Shown in pieces: positions 47,768-57,422 of a stretch of 64,000 bases of DNA (positions within the stretch are counted from its first letter, which is position 1; each line of letters opens with the position of its first letter). The notes beneath the pieces were generated by a model. The model did not search any database. It saw only the letters and a list, made by a program, of their open reading frames with translations, and was not told the origin of the DNA. The translations under genes were made by a program, and so were the position numbers. The DNA is from Leptonemataceae bacterium (GTDB lineage: Bacteria; Spirochaetota; Leptospiria; Leptospirales; Leptonemataceae), in contig OZ245742.1 in NCBI GenBank assembly GCA_965227295.1, positions 2,688,001-2,752,000 on the forward strand, given 5' to 3'.

Positions 47768-48643
47768 TCACTGAAATCGTTGGAGTTTGTCGGGATTGCG
47801 CAGGGCGAAGATTCCGGCAATCCGATCGTCTTCCATGCGAAAGCTGAACGCCGTAACGGGCCGGCCGTTTGCATACAGGACCCATCCCGGCGCGCCGTTG
47901 TACCAAACATTGCGGAAGTGCGGTTCTCCCTGCAGCGCCGGGCCGATCCTTTGCAGGAGAAAGTCCATCACCGCGCTGCGCCCGCGAATGACTTCCAGCG
48001 CCGCAGCAGCTTTGCCGCCGCCGTCGGATACGAACTGCACGTCGTCTTTCAACAAACGTTCCAGGTCTTGCATCGTACCATGTTTGGTCGCCTCAAAGAA
48101 GGCGGTGCTCAGCCGCATGTATTGTTCTCGGTTCGGAACCTGCGCTGACGCTGCGCGTTGTTCGGGACGCAGGCGAATTTTTTCCCGGGCGCGACTGGCG
48201 AGCTTCCGGCACGTCGCCTCCGATTTATCCAGGGTGGCCGCAATCTCCGTAAACTGCATTTGAAACAAATCGTGCAGAATGAACGCGGCGCGTTCGCCGG
48301 CGGACAGACGTTCGAGCAGGACCATCAAGGCCATGGACACGCTTTCGTCCAACTCAAGATCGCTTTCCGTTTCTTCGCTGACGTACGGCTCGGGCAACCA
48401 CGGGCCGATGTAGGTTTCGCGTTGGACCCGCGCGCTTTTGAGATGATCGAGCGCCAATCGTGTAACCACGCGGGCCAACCAGGAAAACGGAGCACGGATG
48501 TTTGACTGGTCCGCGTGGTGCCAGCGCAGGAAGGTTTCCTGCACGATGTCCTCGGCCTCGCTGACCGATCCCGTGATTCGGTACGCGAGGCCCATGAGCC
48601 CTTTGCGGTGCGATTCGAAGACGTCGACGGAGTTTGATGTCAT
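47768..48643 (-). CDS. sigJ: ECF41/SigJ-type sigma factor with SnoaL-like C-terminal extension
   Basis: YIGPWLPEP, SDGGGK and RNPDKL hallmark motifs. Confidence 0.93.
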   Translation of the reverse strand: MTSNSVDVFESHRKGLMGLAYRITGSVSEAEDIVQETFLRWHHADQSNIRAPFSWLARVVTRLALDHLKSARVQRETYIGPWLPEPYVSEETESDLELDESVSMALMVLLERLSAGERAAFILHDLFQMQFTEIAATLDKSEATCRKLASRAREKIRLRPEQRAASAQVPNREQYMRLSTAFFEATKHGTMQDLERLLKDDVQFVSDGGGKAAAALEVIRGRSAVMDFLLQRIGPALQGEPHFRNVWYNGAPGWVLYANGRPVTAFSFRMEDDRIAGIFALRNPDKLQRFQ

Positions 48644-48668
48644 GCTGCTTCCTGCGCCGGCGGCCGGA

Positions 48669-49184
48669 CTACGATACCGCGATTTCGATGAGCCGGCAAC
48701 TCTTTGCGTAACCGACGGCCCGCTTGATCGTGGGAAAGATCTTCGTGGTACTGATGCAAAGACCCAGTTCCAGAAGTTGGCCTTTATCAAAGCGGGCTTC
48801 GATGCGTTCGATTAGAGCTTGGTCGCTCAGGTTGTTGGCGGCGACGGCTGTCGCAAAATCGTAAACGTCTCTCAGCGCTTCCGGCAGTTCCGCGGGCGTA
48901 CGGACGGCCGCGCTCACCAGTTCGCGATCCACGCCGGCTTCCAGTGCCATGCGCACGTTCAACTGCAAACACGCGCCGCAATCTTCGCTGCGCATGCCGG
49001 CCAGCTTTGCGATCCAGAAGTCGTCCCGGTCGAGCAGCTCGCGGTGGCCGGCGAGCGGCAGGAAGGCGGCAAACTTTTCGTATCCGTCCGGCGACGTCTC
49101 CAGTAACTCACGCATGTACGTGGAGTCGTAGTCGTAATGTTTTTCGAAGTCATCGATCTGTTGACGATGTCCCGTTGTATTCAT
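48669..49184 (-). CDS. Carboxymuconolactone decarboxylase/AhpD-like protein
   Basis: EDCGAC (CxxC) and FPTIKRAVG; typical ECF41 neighbour. Confidence 0.78.
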   Translation of the reverse strand: MNTTGHRQQIDDFEKHYDYDSTYMRELLETSPDGYEKFAAFLPLAGHRELLDRDDFWIAKLAGMRSEDCGACLQLNVRMALEAGVDRELVSAAVRTPAELPEALRDVYDFATAVAANNLSDQALIERIEARFDKGQLLELGLCISTTKIFPTIKRAVGYAKSCRLIEIAVS

Positions 49185-49204
49185 AAGTATTTCTCCGTTA
49201 AATG

Positions 49205-49490
49205 TTAGTGGTTTTCCAACTGCCAGGTCGTCGCCTTAAAGTACTCGCGATTGTGGATGTGCACGTCCCGGCGTTTGTCGTCTAACTCCGGCAGGTCGTG
49301 GCCTGGAAATACCAGCAAGTCCGGTTCCAGTCCGCAGTCGAATACGATGAGGCCGGCACGCGGGTGTTCCACGACAAAGGCCGGGGCCGGCCACGTTCAC
49401 CGGTGAGTAGCAGCCGGCCGCCATGAGCGCGACGGCGATCATCACGCACGCTCGAATCACATTTCGTGATCTATGTATAAAATCTGTCAC
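49205..49490 (-). pseudogene. Internally deleted lipoprotein of the N-acyl-homoserine-lactonase-type MBL family
   Basis: Signal/lipobox (LMAAG-C), then a frameshift into PAPAFVVEHPRAGLIVFDCGL joined directly to EPDLLVFPGHD...stop. The HxHxDH core is absent. Confidence 0.72.
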
Positions 49491-49548
49491 AGTCTTTCCT
49501 CCTGCGCCGGACGATTCGCGACTGCGATTCAGCCGGTGCTACGAGAAA

Positions 49549-49575
49549 GACGATCGGGCGCGGGAAAATGTGACG
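49549..49575 (-). promoter_or_regulatory. ECF41-dependent promoter
   Basis: Minus strand reads cGTCACA-N16-CGTC, matching the ECF41 consensus TGTCACA-N16-CGTC, upstream of the pseudogene-CMD-sigJ unit. Confidence 0.8.
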
Positions 49576-49663
49576 GGTTCGGACCGTGAGGCCGATTTTT
49601 TTACGGCTCGCTGAATCAGGCCTCGAAGCGGATCTTTCGGCGAATCCCGTAACGGCCTTGACC

Positions 49664-52600
49664 TCACTTCTCTCGCAAATCACTCAAGTGCGACCACTCG
49701 GGACCGGGGGGATTGTGCAACCAGTAGTTGCAGCGCTGGATGTACATCGAACTTACGGCGTCGTCGGGCAGAGAACGTTGCACGCTTTCGAAACCGGCCA
49801 GGGCCGCGGCAAAGTCGGCGGCCTTGTATTGTTTCAGAGCGGCGTCGTAGGCCGGCAAAGTGCGGCGTTTCTTTACGATGGAGTCGGCATCTTCATGGTC
49901 GTAGACCTCGAACAGGACCGAGGCGTTCTTTTTGCCTTTGAGGCGGACGTGATCCAACTCGCGTAAGTGAAAGTTAGCGCGATCTTGCAAACGATACGCC
50001 GTCTCGCCGGAGATTAAAATCGCCACACCGTACTTCTTCGTCGCCGATTCCAGGCGCGAAGCGGCATTCACCGTATCGCCGATCACCGTCGTACTCAGGC
50101 GATCCTCCAGGCCCAGCGTACCGAACATCGACATGCCCGTATGCAAACCGACGCCGATGTGAACCTCGGGCTCGTTTTTCGCCGCGCGTTCGCGGTTGAA
50201 CTCGCGTAACTCGCGCATCATGTGCACCGCGCCGCGCACGCCGTCGTCCGGTGACTTCGGAAACAGCGCCATGATGGCGTCGCCGATGTACTTGTCGATG
50301 AAGCCGTTGTTCTGCATGATCGGCGGGGCGATGCGTTCCAGGAGTTCGTTCAGAAAACGGAACGTTGCCGCCGGATCGAGGCTCTCCGAAAGCGTCGTGA
50401 AGCCGCGGATGTCCTGAAAGAGGACGGTGATCTCGCGATCCACCGCATCTCCGCGGTGGATGTCGCGGATGGTTTGTTTGTGCAGAACGTCCAGGAATTC
50501 GTTCGGCACGAATCGCGCAAAAGAATCGGTAAGTTTCTTTTGTTCGTCGTAGAGCATGGCGTTCTCCAGGGAGATAGCCGCCTGGGTTCCCAGGATCTCC
50601 AGGAGTTCCACACGATCCGGCGTGAACGCGCCGATGGACAGGTTGTTTTCTAAGTACAACACACCGGCGATTTGTCCGTGCATTTTGACGGGCATGCACA
50701 GGATGGAACGCGCGCCGTGATGGCTGATGTAATCGACCCGGGCGAACATGCCCGTGGTTTCACCGGCGGCGTCGGCCAGGACCACCGGCTCCCCCGTGCG
50801 ACGCACATACTCGATCAACGGCACCGGAAGTTTCGAGGAGGCTTCTTTCGTTTCCAGAGGAATGTGCATCAACGAACGCGAGATGTTGCGGCCGGGATGT
50901 TGCTCGGCTTCGATATAGAGTCGCCCGCTCTCGGCGGATGGAATCAAAAAGAGCCCGCGCTCGGCGCCCGCGGCTCGCAGGAGGATGCCGATCAACCGTT
51001 CCAGAAGCTTTTCGAGTTCGATTTCACCGGACAGCGCCTGGGTCGCCTGGAGGACCGTGTCGAGGTCCAGGGAATCCGTGGTGCTGCTCGTTCGCGTGTT
51101 TTCCACAACGGTACTTTCGCGTAGTTTCCGGGGAATCCGGGCGCCGTGTTCATGGGCCATTGCGGCGCCCAGGAAGTTCGGGTAGTGCTTCGACAGGTTT
51201 TCGGTTTTGGCCTGGGCACCCCAGCGCGCGTAGCCGATGCGAGCATCGTTTAAGTACGTGCGGGCGATCTTTTCCCGGCCCAGGCGCAGATAGAATTCTC
51301 CGGCCAGCTCGTTGCCCAGGGCCTCGTCATTCAGAAAACCGTTCGTCCGGGCGAGAGCCAGGGACCGATCATACATTTCGGCTGCGTGGCGTTCGTCCCG
51401 GCGTTCCGCGGCCAACTCCGCCTGGAGCAACGATACCGCGTGAGCCTGGTTGTGCGGGCAGCTCTCGTGCCATTCCTGGAGCTTGCGTAACTTTTGATTT
51501 GCAGAACTTAATAAAGCGCGCCGTTCTCGTCCGGAGGCGCTCCGGGCGGCTCCGACTTCGACCAGGCCGGAAATGAAATACTGCCGCGCCTGGGAGAACG
51601 ATGAGGCCGTATACTCCAGGTATCCCTCGGCCTCCCGGGAAGCGCGGAGGGCGCCGGGAATGTCCCGGAAGAGAAACGAGAGATAGGCCTGCATGCTGTA
51701 CGTATAGAAGATGCCGCTCAGGCCGCCGAGCTGCTCGAAGATCATCTTTCCGACGGTGGCGGAGAACCGGCCGCCGTCCAGGTCCGTGGGTTCGTGCGCG
51801 GGGTCCGTACCGCGAATGTTTGCGAGCACCTGGCCGATGCAGTCCAGGTGGTGGGCCATTAAGTGTTGTTTGTACGCACCTACGGAGACCCGGAGGCGCG
51901 AAAACTCGGCGTCGACGGTGTCCAGATTCGCCCCGCGGAGCAGGCCGTAGGTGATCATGTGAAACACGGCGTAGGCGTAGTAGACGTAGTCGCCGCTTTC
52001 AAGACACATGCGCGCGGAGGACTCCAGGTCGCGAATGCTGTTGTGAATCGGTTCTTTCCAGTGCTGCACGAAGGCGGCGTTCGTAAAGAGCACGCGATGG
52101 CGTACTTCCCTGGCGTTGATGAGATCGGTGAGTCGCAGCGCGAGACGAGAGGCGCGCACACCTTCGTCGATGTGTCCCGAGGCACATTGCAACAGGGCGT
52201 AGGCGGAAGCGATCGTGGGAGCGTACGGCGTGAGGCCGTTCTCTTCAATGAGTCGCATGCCCTCGTGGATTAAGAGCGGCATGTGCTCCGGGCTGGCCAC
52301 GTAAGCATTGGGTACGATCAATCCGAGCAGGCGCACCGCGGCGGCATGGTGCGGATCCTGCATCCGCGGTAGATGATGAAGTTCGCGGATGTGACGTTTA
52401 CTGGAGAACATGCGGCCGAGGAGTTGCGAAAAAGACGGCCACTGGTTGCCGGGGTCCATGGGGATGCGTACGCCGAGTTGCTCCAGAACGTCGAGTCCCG
52501 TCTCGAGGCCCTTGCGCAAATCACCGACGCCGTTGTAGGCGCGGATCTGTTCGTCGTAAACGGGAATGCGATCGAGCAGATTGTGCGTGCGATTCAGGAC

Positions 52601-55150
52601 TTCCCGTGCGAGGTTGTGGCCGTCCGCGGCCCGGCCTTCGAGAAAGAGGATCTCCACCTGTTCCCTGTGCAACGCTAAGGTTAACTCGTACGCACTTTGC
52701 CAGGGGTCCTCGGGCAGCAGGGCGTGTCCGGACTCCACGTACCGGGCCGAGGTTTCATAGGCGGCGGAGCGTTTCGCCTTGCGGGCCGCCTCCAGGTTGA
52801 GCCAGGCCAGCTCCAGGCGTTGCTCCGTACTCTGCAACAAAGCCGCGCCCAGGTTGAGGTGATTGACGATGTCGATGAGGTGTTCGTCCCGTTCCTCCGC
52901 GGGGATCGTGCGCAACAGGTGCCGGCCGACAATCACGTGACCGAGAATCTTGCGGTCCTCATCCAGGAGGACGTATGCCGCCTGGAGGACGCGATCGTGC
53001 ATGAAGCGATAGCGAACGGAGAGCAGCGCCTGGTCTTCGCCGGCGCCGGGTCGCAAAAGAGAAAGTCCGCTCTCATCGACCAGGGGGACGATCATGCCTT
53101 CTCGCAGCGGTGCGGCGAGCAGGCGCGCGGTTTCGCCCTCGGTTTTTTGATGCATGATCGCTAAGTTGTAAAGATCGAACGTTTGTCCGATGCACGCGGC
53201 CAGTTGCAGGACCGCCTGGCTCTCTTCCGGCAATCGCCGGATGCGTTCGGTCAGAAGATCGGCGACGTTCTCGGTAATATTCCGGGAACGGATGCGCGGC
53301 AGGTCCCACTCCCAGATTCCCTCGGCGGAGTTGAAGTCGATGAGTTTGTCCTGGTATAACGTACGCAAAAATTCATTTAAGAAGAACGGATTGCCGCCGG
53401 TCTTCGCGAGCACCAGTTTCGCCAGGGCCGCCGTCTCGTTAAGCCGGGCCTGCAAGGCGTCGGCGACGAAGGCTTCGACGTTGTCCTCGCTCAGCGGGCC
53501 GAGCAGGATGGCCTCGGGTTCCCGGGACGAACGGGCCAGGTCCACCGCGAGCTGCGTGATGGAACGCGTTTCCGCCGTGTCGCCGTCACGATACGCGCCG
53601 ATCAACAGGATGTGCCGCGTATCGGGATCCGTGACCAGGCTTTTGATCAATTGCAACGACGCGGCGTCGGCCCAGTGCAGATCATCGAGGAACAGAACGA
53701 GGGGACGATCGGCATCCGCGAAGCCGCGGACGAATCCGCGAAAGACCGCATGAAAGCGGTTCTGGGATTCCGCGGCCGGTAGTTGCAAGGCCTCGTCCTG
53801 TTTGCCGATGATCAACTCAATGTCCGGAATGACGTCGGCGATAACCGAACCGTTCGGCCCCAGGATCTCCCGCAGTCGCCGCCGCCAGCGATCAATGGAG
53901 GCTTCGGATTCCATCAGAATTTGCCGAACTATATCACGAAACGCCTGGATAAAAGCGGTATACGGAACGTCCTGCCGCAGCTCGGCGTAGTTTCCGGAAA
54001 TGAAGAAACCGCGGTGTTCGGCCACGTACCTTCGGACGTCGTGGACCAGGGAGGACTTGCCGATGCCGGTTACGCCTTTGACCAGCAGGAAGCAGGTCTC
54101 ACCGTGGCGCGTGCGGCGAAAGAGATTGCGCAGGGCGTGAATCTCCTGCTCGCGGCCGTACAAACGTTGCGGCAACAGAAATTTACCGGAGATGTCGCTG
54201 GCGCCGATTTCGAAGTTCGAAATCGAACCTTCGTCCTTCCAGAGGGCCAGGCATTTCTGTAGATCGGCCTTTAGGCCGAAGGCGCTCTGGTAACGATCCT
54301 CGGGATTCTTGGCGAGGAGCTTCATGATGATGTTTGCGATGGGCGCGGGAATTTCATCGAAGCCGTCGCCGGCGCGGTCCCGGCTACGGCCGAGGACGGG
54401 CGGTTCGGGCTGAACGGCAATGTGACAATGAATGATTTCCAGGGGATCGGTGTTGCCGTCGATCAGGAACGGCGGGCGGCCGGTAAGCATTTCGTAGAAT
54501 GTGGCACCCAGAGAATAAAAATCGCTGCGCTGATCCACCGTACGATTCATGCGGCCCGTCTGTTCCGGTGAGATGTACGGCAGCGAACCTTCCAGGATGC
54601 TCGCGGATTCGTCTTCGGAAAACGAAGCGCCGGCATGGGAGCGCTGCTGCCGGGAGAGCAGTTTGCTGATGCCGAAGTCTATGATCTTAATATCACCTGT
54701 GTCACGGTTAATAAGAATGTTCGCCGGCTTCACGTCCTTGTGGACGATGTCCTGGCCGTGAATGCGTCCGAGGGCCTCGGTGATGCGAATGGCCATGCGC
54801 AGAAAGGCGAGGACCCCGGGCAGGCGACGCTTCAACATGCTGCGCAGGGAGTCGCCGCCCGTATCTTCCATGACCAGAGCGAAGCCGTTGTCGCAGGGTT
54901 CCAGGGCCATCACCCTGGGAACCTCTTCGATGCCCAGGCCGCGGGCGATTTCATACTCCCGGCGCAGTCGATTCAATTCCTCCGGGCCGGGGAACGGAGA
55001 CTTCAGTGTCTTAATGATCAGCGGGTGCGGGCTGTCGTCGTAGTATCCGCGGTAGATGCGGGTCTTCTCGCCTTCGTGAACCAATTCCGCAATCCGGTAG
55101 TTTTGCAGGGTGATTCCGTCCATAGTGTTCTGAGTCGCGGCGCCGTGCAT
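49664..55150 (-). CDS. Ser/Thr kinase - AAA/STAND ATPase - TPR-like - GAF - adenylate cyclase multidomain protein
   Basis: HKDVKPAN, DFG, SPEQTGR; GVTGIGKS; LDDLHWAD; GGNPFF; GAF (LYLEN); FQDIRGFT, DKYIGDA and GDTVNAASRLE. Confidence 0.95.
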   Translation of the reverse strand: MHGAATQNTMDGITLQNYRIAELVHEGEKTRIYRGYYDDSPHPLIIKTLKSPFPGPEELNRLRREYEIARGLGIEEVPRVMALEPCDNGFALVMEDTGGDSLRSMLKRRLPGVLAFLRMAIRITEALGRIHGQDIVHKDVKPANILINRDTGDIKIIDFGISKLLSRQQRSHAGASFSEDESASILEGSLPYISPEQTGRMNRTVDQRSDFYSLGATFYEMLTGRPPFLIDGNTDPLEIIHCHIAVQPEPPVLGRSRDRAGDGFDEIPAPIANIIMKLLAKNPEDRYQSAFGLKADLQKCLALWKDEGSISNFEIGASDISGKFLLPQRLYGREQEIHALRNLFRRTRHGETCFLLVKGVTGIGKSSLVHDVRRYVAEHRGFFISGNYAELRQDVPYTAFIQAFRDIVRQILMESEASIDRWRRRLREILGPNGSVIADVIPDIELIIGKQDEALQLPAAESQNRFHAVFRGFVRGFADADRPLVLFLDDLHWADAASLQLIKSLVTDPDTRHILLIGAYRDGDTAETRSITQLAVDLARSSREPEAILLGPLSEDNVEAFVADALQARLNETAALAKLVLAKTGGNPFFLNEFLRTLYQDKLIDFNSAEGIWEWDLPRIRSRNITENVADLLTERIRRLPEESQAVLQLAACIGQTFDLYNLAIMHQKTEGETARLLAAPLREGMIVPLVDESGLSLLRPGAGEDQALLSVRYRFMHDRVLQAAYVLLDEDRKILGHVIVGRHLLRTIPAEERDEHLIDIVNHLNLGAALLQSTEQRLELAWLNLEAARKAKRSAAYETSARYVESGHALLPEDPWQSAYELTLALHREQVEILFLEGRAADGHNLAREVLNRTHNLLDRIPVYDEQIRAYNGVGDLRKGLETGLDVLEQLGVRIPMDPGNQWPSFSQLLGRMFSSKRHIRELHHLPRMQDPHHAAAVRLLGLIVPNAYVASPEHMPLLIHEGMRLIEENGLTPYAPTIASAYALLQCASGHIDEGVRASRLALRLTDLINAREVRHRVLFTNAAFVQHWKEPIHNSIRDLESSARMCLESGDYVYYAYAVFHMITYGLLRGANLDTVDAEFSRLRVSVGAYKQHLMAHHLDCIGQVLANIRGTDPAHEPTDLDGGRFSATVGKMIFEQLGGLSGIFYTYSMQAYLSFLFRDIPGALRASREAEGYLEYTASSFSQARQYFISGLVEVGAARSASGRERRALLSSANQKLRKLQEWHESCPHNQAHAVSLLQAELAAERRDERHAAEMYDRSLALARTNGFLNDEALGNELAGEFYLRLGREKIARTYLNDARIGYARWGAQAKTENLSKHYPNFLGAAMAHEHGARIPRKLRESTVVENTRTSSTTDSLDLDTVLQATQALSGEIELEKLLERLIGILLRAAGAERGLFLIPSAESGRLYIEAEQHPGRNISRSLMHIPLETKEASSKLPVPLIEYVRRTGEPVVLADAAGETTGMFARVDYISHHGARSILCMPVKMHGQIAGVLYLENNLSIGAFTPDRVELLEILGTQAAISLENAMLYDEQKKLTDSFARFVPNEFLDVLHKQTIRDIHRGDAVDREITVLFQDIRGFTTLSESLDPAATFRFLNELLERIAPPIMQNNGFIDKYIGDAIMALFPKSPDDGVRGAVHMMRELREFNRERAAKNEPEVHIGVGLHTGMSMFGTLGLEDRLSTTVIGDTVNAASRLESATKKYGVAILISGETAYRLQDRANFHLRELDHVRLKGKKNASVLFEVYDHEDADSIVKKRRTLPAYDAALKQYKAADFAAALAGFESVQRSLPDDAVSSMYIQRCNYWLHNPPGPEWSHLSDLREK

Positions 55151-55285
55151 CTCTGGCCTCGTTAAACTTCCGATGAATGATTGTTAAGTATAGACTGACA
55201 TTCCTTAACTATTATTTCGGCGCATGCGCAGAAAATGCGAAAATCACGCAAAATATGAAAACTGCGCAGTTGTTGAGATTTCGAA

Positions 55286-55305
55286 ACTAATACGATGGTA
55301 TTAGT
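55286..55305. promoter_or_regulatory. Perfect 8-bp inverted repeat (operator or weak terminator)
   Basis: ACTAATAC-gatg-GTATTAGT in the AT-rich gap between the SDR and kinase-cyclase genes. Confidence 0.45.
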
Positions 55306-55341
55306 CGGGCAGGGGGCGACCGGTACGAATACGGGGCCGAT

Positions 55342-56157
55342 TCAGTTCCGGAGTTCGGACTGTTTTTTGCGGCCCTTTTTGCCGAGACTACCGGCGAGGA
55401 ACGCGGCCAGGCCAGGGAAGGCGGAGCCGAGTTTGGTAAGCACGCCGCGATAGCCTGGAATCAGGACCTCCGGCGGTTTTTTGGGCAGCACCTTGTTCAG
55501 GATCACCCGCTCCACGTCTTCGACGGTCAGGAAACGATCACCGGAAAACGTGAGCGCGGCTTCGTCGTACTCGACCTGGAGGTCCAGCATCGGCGTTTGC
55601 ACGGCGTCGGGGCATACGACCGTAACATACACTCCATGAGACTTAAGCTCCTGAGCGGCGGCCAGGCTGTAGCCGCGCACCGCATGTTTGGAGGCGCTGT
55701 AGAGGGAAATGCCCGGAATGCCGGCCACACCGGCCAACGACGCAAAGTTTACGATGTGTCCGCGGCCGGCCGCGACCATGATTCGTGCGGCGGCCATCAT
55801 GCCGAAGATGAGGCCTTTGCTGTTGATGTCCAGGTGGCGGTCGACCTCTTCCGCGGGGCTTTCGTGGCAGTAGCCGGGCTTGATGTAGCCGGCCACGTTG
55901 AAGAGCACATCGAGGCGGCCGTGTTTTTTCCAGACGCTGTCGAGGAACTTTTTCCATTCGGCGGCTTTGCGAACGTCGAGTTTTTTTGTTTCGAGGGACC
56001 AGTTCTTCTCTTTCGCCAGGGCGGCGAGGGCTTTTAGGCCCTTGTCGTTGATGTCCGTGGCGACGACGTGCACCCCGCGTCGGGCGAAAGTTTCCGAGAG
56101 TCGCCGGCCGATGCCGCTGGCCGATCCGGTAACGATGTAAACTTCTTTTGCGTTCAC
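55342..56157 (-). CDS. SDR family oxidoreductase
   Basis: TGSASGIG, NVAG, SLAG and YSASK. Confidence 0.93.
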   Translation of the reverse strand: MNAKEVYIVTGSASGIGRRLSETFARRGVHVVATDINDKGLKALAALAKEKNWSLETKKLDVRKAAEWKKFLDSVWKKHGRLDVLFNVAGYIKPGYCHESPAEEVDRHLDINSKGLIFGMMAAARIMVAAGRGHIVNFASLAGVAGIPGISLYSASKHAVRGYSLAAAQELKSHGVYVTVVCPDAVQTPMLDLQVEYDEAALTFSGDRFLTVEDVERVILNKVLPKKPPEVLIPGYRGVLTKLGSAFPGLAAFLAGSLGKKGRKKQSELRN

Positions 56158-56187
56158 GTTAGTCTGCCCTGGCGATGCGTCGCTCCA

Positions 56188-57330
56188 CTACGCCGCGGCC
56201 CGGCGGCCGCGTTTCGAAGACGCCTTCGCGGCCGCAGCTAACAACGTCCCGTGTTCGATGGGGCCGAACGTAAACGTCGGTTTGATGCCGGGAAAGCCCC
56301 AGTAGCGCGTGAGTTCGGAGGAGGGCACCACGTTAAAGAAGCGCTCGTCCCGCGGTGAAGGCCCGGCGAGTTCTTTCTCCAGCACCATGCTGATGTACTG
56401 GTCCAGTCCGCCTTCTAATGTATTGCCGTTGAGGATTACCTCCATGCCGGTCTTCTTCGCGTAACTTTTTACGCCCGGAATCTTAGAATGGAGCGGGGAG
56501 TAGCTGTCCGCGGAAACCCCGTTTTCGCTTGTGACTAACACTCCCTCGGGAGTTCTTACGGCCAGGCTGTGGTTGCCCTCGGTGTGACCCGGCGTGTGAA
56601 TGAAGGCCACGCCGTCGCCGAGCATCATGTCGCCGTCGAGCAGGATGATCTTCGCCGGGTCCACGCCCTCGGTTCCGTGCGGGCAGTACCAATCGGCCTG
56701 GGGCGGGAGCAGGCCGCCGTCGGCCGATTCCCATTCCTGGCGCATCACCAACAGCTTCGCGTTCGGAAAGAATGCCGGTCGTCCGCCGAACTCCGGCGTG
56801 GTGCCGAGCCACTTGCGGAGTTCCTGGGTGTGCAGATGATCGTACGAAATGTAGTCGATGTCCTCGGGGTCCAGGCCCAGGTCTCTGAGCACGTCCTCGA
56901 CGGTGGCGAGGGTCGGCGCGATGAAACGCCGGCCGAGTTCTTTGAACGGGCCGAAGGAATCGGCGAGCCGTTTGAAGAAAGGCGTCTCCGCGTTGCCGGT
57001 GAGGTCCGACGGAGAAAAGAGCAGGGTCTTAATGCCCGCGCTCGTTTGATACTGGACGACGAAGAGGCGATTCAGGATGTGCATGAACGGCGTCGGCAAC
57101 GAAAACGCATTCAGCAAACCGTACTTCGTGGGATACGGAGCGCGAATCAAATCGAACGTGCGATAATACAGGGCCGGCGGTCCGTCGTGCATCTTTTCGC
57201 GCAGGCGTCGCGCGGCCCGGCGCACGTCGTCCAGGCGATTCTGCGGCACCGACGAAGAGCGTGCGCCCTTGAAATCGGGGATGCGTTTGATCTCGGCGGG
57301 GACTTTTGCGAACTTACTGCGAGCGGCCAT
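56188..57330 (-). CDS. MBL-fold protein with atypical metal motif
   Basis: SYDHLHTQE and HTPGHTEGNHS. Confidence 0.75.
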   Translation of the reverse strand: MAARSKFAKVPAEIKRIPDFKGARSSSVPQNRLDDVRRAARRLREKMHDGPPALYYRTFDLIRAPYPTKYGLLNAFSLPTPFMHILNRLFVVQYQTSAGIKTLLFSPSDLTGNAETPFFKRLADSFGPFKELGRRFIAPTLATVEDVLRDLGLDPEDIDYISYDHLHTQELRKWLGTTPEFGGRPAFFPNAKLLVMRQEWESADGGLLPPQADWYCPHGTEGVDPAKIILLDGDMMLGDGVAFIHTPGHTEGNHSLAVRTPEGVLVTSENGVSADSYSPLHSKIPGVKSYAKKTGMEVILNGNTLEGGLDQYISMVLEKELAGPSPRDERFFNVVPSSELTRYWGFPGIKPTFTFGPIEHGTLLAAAAKASSKRGRRAAA

Positions 57331-57422
57331 GACTGAGGGGAACGCGGATTGACGCATGTGTCAACAAATTACTGCGCGGCCCCGCGCGATGGTTGGATGT
57401 CAAAGAGATCGCGGCGTGCATT

